Assembly (NCBI RefSeq): GCF_000237865.1
Contig: NC_017459.1
Location: 30,001-62,000 of the forward strand
Source of the DNA: Haloquadratum walsbyi C23
GTDB lineage: Archaea > Halobacteriota > Halobacteria > Halobacteriales > Haloferacaceae
Reading direction: 5' to 3'
DNA: 32,000 nucleotides
The notes under the pieces are model-generated. The model was not told the origin of the DNA. It saw nothing but the letters and a program-made list of their open reading frames with translations, and did not search any database. How positions within the stretch are numbered: the stretch's first letter is position 1; each line of letters opens with the position of its first letter. The translations under genes were made by a program, and so were the position numbers. Positions 25,229-32,000 of this stretch are shown piece after piece.

Positions 25229-27051
25229 CACGTGACACTGAAGACGACATCACTAACACTGGTTCAGAGACAGAAACAGAAACAAAGACAGAAACAGACG
25301 CTGATATTGATATCGAGACCAAGAGTGGATATGCCATTGACATCGGTACGGACGTAGATACTCATAACGATGATATAGATGTAGCAGCTCTCTCTACAGC
25401 TACAGCCGTTTCTGATGGGGGTGCAGCGGGCGCTGATGACGTTGCACTTGACCCATGGGGATCCTCCACAGTCTCAGATTATCAAAAACTTTTCACGGAA
25501 TTTGGAATCGAAACATTTGATGATGTCCTTCCAGCCGTTCCAAACCCGCATTATCTCATGCGTCGAGGTGTTATTTTCGGACATCGCGGATACGACCCCG
25601 TTGCTGAGGCGCTACAGAATAACGATCCTGTGGCTGTCCTTTCGGGATTTATGCCAACCGGCGACCCTCATATTGGGCATAAGTTAGTTTTTGATGAGAT
25701 TATCTGGCATCAACAACGGGGTGCGGATGCATATGCTCTGATTGCGGATCTTGAAGCACATGCTGCTCGTGGACTGAGTTGGAGCGAAATTGATGATCAC
25801 GCGCGTGATTACCTATTAAGTCTTCTTGCACTTGGATTCGATCCTGAGTCAGGTGAACTCTATCGACAATCAGAGAATCGTGAACTACAGGACTTCGCGT
25901 TTGAACTCGGGTCAAAAGCAAACTTCTCAGAGTTTGAGGGCATCTATGGATTTGATAGCGAAACAAATGTTGCATATATGCAATCTGTCATCACACAAAT
26001 GGCTGATATTCTATATCCTCAGCTTGAAGAACCAAAGCCAACGGTTATTCCCGTCGGTCCCGACCAAGACCCACACGTCCGGTTTGCTCGCGATCTTGCT
26101 GCTCGAATGCGATTTTTTAAAGTCACTAAAGCATATGCCAGCTTTGAACTGACAGAGTCTGAACGGGAGCTCGTAGCCGCTGTCTATGATGAGCGTGAAA
26201 CATACGCTGAAGATGTGTCTCGACCACGGTGTGCAGAAGCAGCGACGTGGCTTGTTGACAATCTAGTGACTCCTGTGGACAATGGTAGTGATGATGCTCG
26301 GAACGAGGATACGGACGTTTCACCCGACACACTTGGTATCATAGTTCCCGACGCTGTGATTGAATCAACTATTAAAAAACTAGAAAATGCTGGTATGGAA
26401 CCACTTCGCCCCCGCGTTCGGTTTCTCGATGCCAACGCGACCGATGAGGCGTTTGAGGCGCTTATTACGGCGATTGATGGTGAGAAGCGACGATATGATG
26501 AACATATTGATGCATTTGATCTTAGCGCTGCGGATGCAACTGACCTTGCTCGTGAGGTTGAAACTAATAACGGTGGCTATGGATTTGTCGCGCCGTCATC
26601 AATTTATCATCGATTTATGACAGGACTTACCGGTGGAAAGATGTCCTCATCTGTTCCAGCATCACATATTTCGCTTCTTGACGACCCTGAAACGGGGTAT
26701 GAAAAGGTAAAATCAGCAACGACCGGTGGTCGAGAAACAGCAGAAAAACAGCGTGAACTTGGTGGTAAAGCTGATGAATGTCCTGTGTATGAATTATATG
26801 CGTATTTACTTGCGAACGATGATGATACGCTTGCAACACAGGTATATGATGAATGTGTTTCCGGAGACCGCCTCTGTGGTAGCTGTAAAGAACAGGCGGC
26901 TAAGCTGATGCAGGCGTTTCTCGAGGAACATCAAGAAAAACGAAAAGAGGTAGAATCATTACTTGAGGATGCTGATATTTCGTTGATATCTGATCGACGA
27001 ACCGTCGCACCAAGTGACACTGCTGATTCAACAGATAACGAAAACACATAA
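25225..27051 (+). CDS. trpS: tryptophanyl-tRNA synthetase (with N-terminal acidic extension)
   Basis: 608 aa with LDPWGSSTVSDYQKLFTEFGIE, the HIGH-type motif TGDPHIGHKL and the KMSKS-type motif GGKMSSSVP. Its ATG overlaps the endA stop (ATGA at 25225-25228). Confidence 0.9.
   Translation: MTRDTEDDITNTGSETETETKTETDADIDIETKSGYAIDIGTDVDTHNDDIDVAALSTATAVSDGGAAGADDVALDPWGSSTVSDYQKLFTEFGIETFDDVLPAVPNPHYLMRRGVIFGHRGYDPVAEALQNNDPVAVLSGFMPTGDPHIGHKLVFDEIIWHQQRGADAYALIADLEAHAARGLSWSEIDDHARDYLLSLLALGFDPESGELYRQSENRELQDFAFELGSKANFSEFEGIYGFDSETNVAYMQSVITQMADILYPQLEEPKPTVIPVGPDQDPHVRFARDLAARMRFFKVTKAYASFELTESERELVAAVYDERETYAEDVSRPRCAEAATWLVDNLVTPVDNGSDDARNEDTDVSPDTLGIIVPDAVIESTIKKLENAGMEPLRPRVRFLDANATDEAFEALITAIDGEKRRYDEHIDAFDLSAADATDLAREVETNNGGYGFVAPSSIYHRFMTGLTGGKMSSSVPASHISLLDDPETGYEKVKSATTGGRETAEKQRELGGKADECPVYELYAYLLANDDDTLATQVYDECVSGDRLCGSCKEQAAKLMQAFLEEHQEKRKEVESLLEDADISLISDRRTVAPSDTADSTDNENT
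25267..25299 (+). repeat. coding microsatellite-like (ACAGAA)n tract encoding ETETETKTETD in the trpS N-terminal extension
   Basis: gagacagaaacagaaacaaagacagaaacagac, read directly. Confidence 0.6.
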
Positions 27052-27246
27052 ATCACACATAGCTATCAATCAACAGTATTAGTCGATTACAACCAATATA
27101 ATATCGTTAGTGAATCGGTCTAAGCAACTACTGATCGAATACCTCTCGGATTACTGTACAGTTCATATATCAACCATGTGCTTCGGAACTGCTAACTAGC
27201 GCCCGACCAGTAAACTGGATAACGAACATACGCGACAGAAACGATT

Positions 27247-28815
27247 ATGAGTATGCAACTTCCTGACCCACAACTCACAGTTTTGACGACTGCGAGTGCG
27301 ACCGCTGAGACGTCAATCGAGCAGCTCGCGGATGATGCTGAATTAAATCCAACAACAGCAACACAAGCTGCGTTTGAACTTCGTGATGCTGGGTTGGTTA
27401 CGATCACCGAAACCGAAACAACATTCTATGAATTAACAGACGAAGGACAACGTTATCTCGTCGATGGACTGCCGGAAATTCGACTTTATCGAGCAGCGAT
27501 TGACACTGACACTGACAGTGATACTGATTCGGTTCCGCTTGGATTGATAATTCAATCAGCAGATCTTGACGACTCTGAGGTTGATATTGCACTTGCGAAC
27601 TTTGCGCGTAAATCGTACGGGTCGATTAATAATGGTGAAATCACTGCCACAACGTCGATTGACCCAGATAATGACCCAGAAGCGACTGCACTAGCGCAAA
27701 TTAATTCTATCGACGCCGACGCCGGCGAATCTGAAAACGCTGCTGGTGTCGATTCTAAGAGCATTGCTGATATTGACGACACTGTTCTTGAACAACTCAT
27801 CACTCGTAGTCTACTCACGCAACAGACAGACACGACACGGGCAGTCTCGCTCACCGACGCAGGTGTTACTGCTCTTATGGAGGGTGTTGAATCAACAGAA
27901 ACAATCGACCGCTTGACTCCAGAACTACTTACCTCTGGTGAGTGGCGCGACGCTGAGTTTGCTGAATATAATGTTGAGGCGGACGCTCCCGACATACAAA
28001 ACGGGAAAACACATGTCCTCAGACAGACAGCAGAACGTGTTCGTGATGTGCTTGTTGGAATGGGGTTTGAAGAAATGGATGGACCGCACGCGGACGCGGA
28101 CTTCTGGATTAATGACTGTCTATTTATGCCACAGGATCACCCAGCCAGAACGCATTGGGACCGATTTGCGCTTGATGTTCCGCCAATTGATGACCTTCCC
28201 GCAGATCTCATCGAGACTGTTGAATCGGCTCATCGTGACGGTGTTGGTTTTGATGGTGATGGATATCACTCACCATGGGATGAGGATTTCGCGCGTGCGA
28301 TTGCACTTCGCGGACACACAACATCATTATCAATGCGGTATCTTTCCGGTACTGAAATCGGTGAACTCGAGCCTCCACAACGATATTTTTCGGTTGAGAA
28401 AGTCTATCGAAATGATACTCTTGATGCAACACATCTACTTGAGTTCTTCCAAATTGAAGGATGGGTTATGGCTGAAGATCTTTCAGTCCGCGATTTAATG
28501 GGTACATTTGTCGAATTCTATGAGCAGTTTGGAATCACTGATATTCAATTCAAGCCACATTATAATCCTTATACGGAACCATCATTCGAACTCTTCGGTC
28601 ACCATCCAAAAACAGGTGAACTGATTGAGATTGGTAACTCTGGTATGTTTCGGACAGAAGTGCTTGACCCACTTGGCGTTGAATGCGATGTAATGGCGTG
28701 GGGATTGGCACTTGAACGACTCGCGATGCTGACCACCGGTGCTGAAGATATCCGTGATCTTCATGGAACACTTGCTGACCTTGAATTCCTTCGCAACGCG
28801 GAGGTGACGTATTAA
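27247..28815 (+). CDS. pheS: phenylalanyl-tRNA synthetase alpha subunit
   Basis: 522 aa with class II motifs (…RYFSVEKVYRND…, GNSGMFRTEVLDPLG, AWGLALERLAML) and N-terminal winged-helix repeats. Confidence 0.92.
   Translation: MSMQLPDPQLTVLTTASATAETSIEQLADDAELNPTTATQAAFELRDAGLVTITETETTFYELTDEGQRYLVDGLPEIRLYRAAIDTDTDSDTDSVPLGLIIQSADLDDSEVDIALANFARKSYGSINNGEITATTSIDPDNDPEATALAQINSIDADAGESENAAGVDSKSIADIDDTVLEQLITRSLLTQQTDTTRAVSLTDAGVTALMEGVESTETIDRLTPELLTSGEWRDAEFAEYNVEADAPDIQNGKTHVLRQTAERVRDVLVGMGFEEMDGPHADADFWINDCLFMPQDHPARTHWDRFALDVPPIDDLPADLIETVESAHRDGVGFDGDGYHSPWDEDFARAIALRGHTTSLSMRYLSGTEIGELEPPQRYFSVEKVYRNDTLDATHLLEFFQIEGWVMAEDLSVRDLMGTFVEFYEQFGITDIQFKPHYNPYTEPSFELFGHHPKTGELIEIGNSGMFRTEVLDPLGVECDVMAWGLALERLAMLTTGAEDIRDLHGTLADLEFLRNAEVTY
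27502..27531 (+). repeat. coding hexanucleotide-like (GACACT)n tract encoding DTDTDSDTDS in pheS
   Basis: gacactgacactgacagtgatactgattcg, read directly. Confidence 0.6.
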
Positions 28816-30704
28816 TGCCAATTGTTGATATCAATATGGACGAACTGCGGAGTCTTACCGGTCATGATGAAAAATCAGATGCAGAGTTTAAATCTGACCT
28901 CTTCGAGCTTGGGCTTGAATTCGAGGGTAAAACTGACACAGATCTTCTTCAATTTGAATTCGGTCCTGACCGCCTTGATCGTCTCTCTGTTGAGGGTGTT
29001 GCACGATCGCTGCGATATCACTACGGTGATGACCGTGGCATCGCGGTTCCGTCAACAAACAACCCTGAGTTCCAATTTATTGTTACTGATACTGTTCCCA
29101 CCAGACGACCCTATGTCACCGGCGCTATCGCTCGTGGGGTAAGTCTTGATAAGCATGCGCTTGATTCACTGATCCAATTGCAGGAAAAACTTCATGCAAC
29201 GATGGGTCGGAAACGTGCAAAAGGAGCAATTGGAATTCACGACCTCACAATGTTGAAGGGTCGCACACTTGATGACAGCGGTGTCGATATTACTGGTGGA
29301 AGCGAGATGGTTGATACTGCTACTGACTCTAGACCTACCGCAGATCGTGAAGCAAATACTTCTGCGACTGACTCTCCAACACATTCGATTACATACACCG
29401 GCATTGAACCAACAGGTGATACCTTCGTGCCACTTGATTCGAATCGTGAACTAACACCTGCTGCAGTCCTTGATGAGCACCCAACGGGCGAAACATATGC
29501 GGATATCATTGCGGATTATGACCGATATCCGGCTATCTATGATGAACTTGGACTGTTCTCGTTCCCCCCAGTAATCAACGGCCGCCGAACGGAGGTGACA
29601 ACGGACTCACGGAATCTCCTAATTGAGCTGACCGGAACTGATCAGTGGACGATTGACCGGATGTGCACGATTATCTGCTATGCACTCACAGCGCGTGGTG
29701 CGACAATCGAGTCTGTTAATATTGAATATCCTGAACAGACCCTCTCCCGACCTGACCTCACAGTCGACACAAAACACATCTCGCATGACCGTATTGAGAC
29801 GATTCTCGGCGTTTCATTTGACACAGCTGAGATCATCGACTTATTCGAACGTGCTGGACTTGCTGCGACTACCACTGATACGACTGATACAGCAGTAACA
29901 TCAAATGTGGATATTGATGGGTCCAATAATTCTCCTGTATATGTCGTTTCAATTCCCCCATACCGCGTTGATGTGCTCCATCCACTCGATTTAATTGACG
30001 ATGTCGGTCGTGCATATGGTTTTGATAAACTTGAACCACGCTACCCCGATATTGGGACAGTCGGCGGGAGACATGAACGGTCACGGCTTGAAGCGGTAAC
30101 TCGGACAACACTGACAGGACTTGGATTTGAGGATTTATTGAACTTCCATCTGACAAATGAAGCTGCAGTATACAACCGCATGCGAATGAGCCCACTGTCA
30201 CCGGCTACATTTAATTCAACAACCGATGATATAGACCTTGGCTCAGCACCTCCCGCTGAAATAACAGATCCATATAGCGGTGATTACACCATTCTTCGAC
30301 CATGGATCCTTCCATCGCTCGTACAAGTTCTTGAAAATAACACTCATCGTACATATCCGCAGGATCTTGCGGAAGTTGGGGTTGTTGCTAATCGTGATGA
30401 CTCTGTAAACACTCATGTCGCTGAACGCCGCCATGTTGCAGGTGCTGTTGCTCGTCACGATGCAACTTATGAAGATGCAAAGGCAGCACTTCAAGCAGTA
30501 TGTCGTGAATTCGATGCTACACTCCAGACACCACCAACGACACACCCTTCATTCATTGATGGACGGACAGCAGCCATTATTATCAATGATACCTCAGTGG
30601 GCGTCATCGGTGAAATACATCCTGAAGTACTTGTTGAGCATGATCTCGCAGTCCCTGTAGCTGCATTTGAGTTTGAACTTGCAGCGCTTGCCTCGGAAGC
30701 GTAA
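28815..30704 (+). CDS. pheT: phenylalanyl-tRNA synthetase beta subunit
   Basis: 629 aa. Archaeal PheT pattern: N-terminal MPIVDINMDELRSLTG, B3/4 and B5 regions, and C-terminal ...VGVIGEIHPEVLVEHDL. The start overlaps the pheS stop by 1 nt (TAATG), and a GAGGTGA Shine-Dalgarno-like element lies at 28801-28807. Confidence 0.92.
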   Translation: MPIVDINMDELRSLTGHDEKSDAEFKSDLFELGLEFEGKTDTDLLQFEFGPDRLDRLSVEGVARSLRYHYGDDRGIAVPSTNNPEFQFIVTDTVPTRRPYVTGAIARGVSLDKHALDSLIQLQEKLHATMGRKRAKGAIGIHDLTMLKGRTLDDSGVDITGGSEMVDTATDSRPTADREANTSATDSPTHSITYTGIEPTGDTFVPLDSNRELTPAAVLDEHPTGETYADIIADYDRYPAIYDELGLFSFPPVINGRRTEVTTDSRNLLIELTGTDQWTIDRMCTIICYALTARGATIESVNIEYPEQTLSRPDLTVDTKHISHDRIETILGVSFDTAEIIDLFERAGLAATTTDTTDTAVTSNVDIDGSNNSPVYVVSIPPYRVDVLHPLDLIDDVGRAYGFDKLEPRYPDIGTVGGRHERSRLEAVTRTTLTGLGFEDLLNFHLTNEAAVYNRMRMSPLSPATFNSTTDDIDLGSAPPAEITDPYSGDYTILRPWILPSLVQVLENNTHRTYPQDLAEVGVVANRDDSVNTHVAERRHVAGAVARHDATYEDAKAALQAVCREFDATLQTPPTTHPSFIDGRTAAIIINDTSVGVIGEIHPEVLVEHDLAVPVAAFEFELAALASEA

Positions 30705-30925
30705 CTCGTCAGATCCCACCAATAAAAAACCCACAGAAAACCTGCTCAATAATATTGTTTGCCGCATTGAATGACCGACTTTCTTTCATATTGTCACATA
30801 TCAGCGAGTGTAACGGTAGCGTGATATCACTATCAACACCGCATATACACAATAGTATGTAAGCTTTCGAAATCCTGTGTAATCGAGTAACTTAACACGC
30901 CTTCCGCCGTTATTATTCTTTGGTA

Positions 30926-32000
30926 ATGCCGAGCGGAGAATACGACCCCGACGCTGTCGAAACGAAATGGCAAGATCGCTGGGTCGACGAAGAGACCTAT
31001 ACATATGCATCTTCCATCGTCAGTGCTTCTGACTCTGAGTTTGACCCTCACTTGGCGTCCGAGTCTGAATCATCTGACGAACACACGCTTGATAATTCAT
31101 CTGATGGAGCACATGTAGATATTGAAGCTGATCCTGATACCGCATTTTCAATTGACTCTCCACCACCAACAGTATCAGGTAATCTTCACTGGGGACATGT
31201 CTATGGATTTACGCTACAGGACTTCGTCGCGCGATTCAGACGGATGCGTGGTTCAGATGTCTTCTTCCCGTTCGGATATGATGATAATGGGATTGCTTCT
31301 GAACGACTTGCTGAAGATGAACTCAACGTTCGTCATCAGGAGTATGAACGTCGTGAATTCCAACAAATGACCCAAGAGGTGTGTCAGCAATATGAGGCTG
31401 AGTTCACCGAGAAAATGCAACAACTGGGTATCTCTATTGACTGGAATCAGACGTATCAAACAATTTCATCGGATGTCAAACGAACATCACAACTATCATT
31501 TATTGACCTCTATGAACAAGGTCGCGAGTATCGTAAACGCGCTCCGACTATTTGGTGCCCCGAGTGTGAAACAGCAATCTCACAGGTCGAAACTGAAGAT
31601 GACGAACAACCGAGTCATTTTCATGATATTGCATTCGAGTTAATAAACAAAAATAACCCTCGTTCTGAACATCGGACAGATACGTTTACCATATCGACAA
31701 CACGTCCTGAGCTACTACCTGCTTGTGTTGCAATCTTTGTTCATCCTGACGATGACGATAACCAGGACCTCGTCGGTGCCGATGCTCGTGTGCCCCTCTT
31801 TGATCAAACAGTTCCAATAATTGCAGATGAACGCGTTGACATGGAGACTGGGTCAGGGATTGTGATGTGTTGTACCTTCGGAGACCAGACCGATATTGAG
31901 TGGTATCAGGCACACGACCTTGATCTTCGAATCGCCATTGACGAATCGGGAACAATGACAGACGTTGCAGGTTCATATAGTGGTCTTGATTCAACTGAAG
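30926..32000 (+). CDS. valS: valyl-tRNA synthetase, N-terminal part (runs off the window)
   Basis: Not in the track because there is no stop in the window. My own translation from ATG 30926 gives MPSGEYDPDAVETKWQDRWVDEETY...FSIDSPPPTVSGNLHWGHVYGFTLQDFVARFRRMRG...APTIWCPECETAISQVE...TTRPELLPACVAIFVHPDD...GSGIVMCCTFGDQTD. The PPPTVSG-LH-GH block is the ValRS-type HIGH region. Confidence 0.88.
   Translation, partial: MPSGEYDPDAVETKWQDRWVDEETYTYASSIVSASDSEFDPHLASESESSDEHTLDNSSDGAHVDIEADPDTAFSIDSPPPTVSGNLHWGHVYGFTLQDFVARFRRMRGSDVFFPFGYDDNGIASERLAEDELNVRHQEYERREFQQMTQEVCQQYEAEFTEKMQQLGISIDWNQTYQTISSDVKRTSQLSFIDLYEQGREYRKRAPTIWCPECETAISQVETEDDEQPSHFHDIAFELINKNNPRSEHRTDTFTISTTRPELLPACVAIFVHPDDDDNQDLVGADARVPLFDQTVPIIADERVDMETGSGIVMCCTFGDQTDIEWYQAHDLDLRIAIDESGTMTDVAGSYSGLDSTE

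Noticed and set aside
1-32000. Search for CRISPR arrays, rRNA, integrases or prophage/defence islands, and large compositional shifts.
   Set aside because: No regularly spaced direct repeats, no rRNA-like segments, and no integrase, restriction, toxin or Cas-like ORFs were seen. Apart from AT-rich spacers, composition is uniform across the window, consistent with core chromosome.

Overview
This window reads as about 32 kb of core chromosome from a haloarchaeon (Halobacteria). All confident proteins are strongly acidic (D/E/T-rich), coding density is high, intergenic DNA is very AT-rich, and overall G+C looks below 50%. I associate that combination with Haloquadratum-like genomes, but this is inference only. 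Gene order: phosphohexomutase (-, partial) | hisA, hisB, ACT-domain regulator | 5' stump of an IS1341-type tnpB | yigZ/IMPACT | ORF-free GC-rich island (candidate ncRNA) | upp (-) | small membrane proteins and a CPxCG zinc-finger protein | COG0523 (CobW-like) GTPase with His-rich loop (-) | small ORF + ArsA/Get3-like ATPase | cstA | four uncharacterised/cupin genes | wHTH regulator, thrC | serA (-) / serB (+) | 0.58 kb non-coding stretch | NucS-N/topoisomerase-zinc-ribbon protein and Ski2/Hel308-like helicase (-) | 0.8 kb non-coding stretch | endA-trpS (overlapping), pheS-pheT (overlapping), valS (partial). I found no rRNA, tRNA, CRISPR array or intact mobile element. This is mostly housekeeping DNA, and I do not see a convincing new multi-gene system (no defence-island hallmarks). 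The items most worth a second look are: three ORF-poor, hairpin-rich non-coding stretches (5.0-5.5 kb, 19.4-20.0 kb, 23.2-24.0 kb); the helicase + nuclease-less NucS-like gene pair; the COG0523/ArsA-like divergent locus with a shared inverted repeat; and pervasive T/D/S/E-rich low-complexity insertions in essential tRNA-processing and aminoacylation enzymes.
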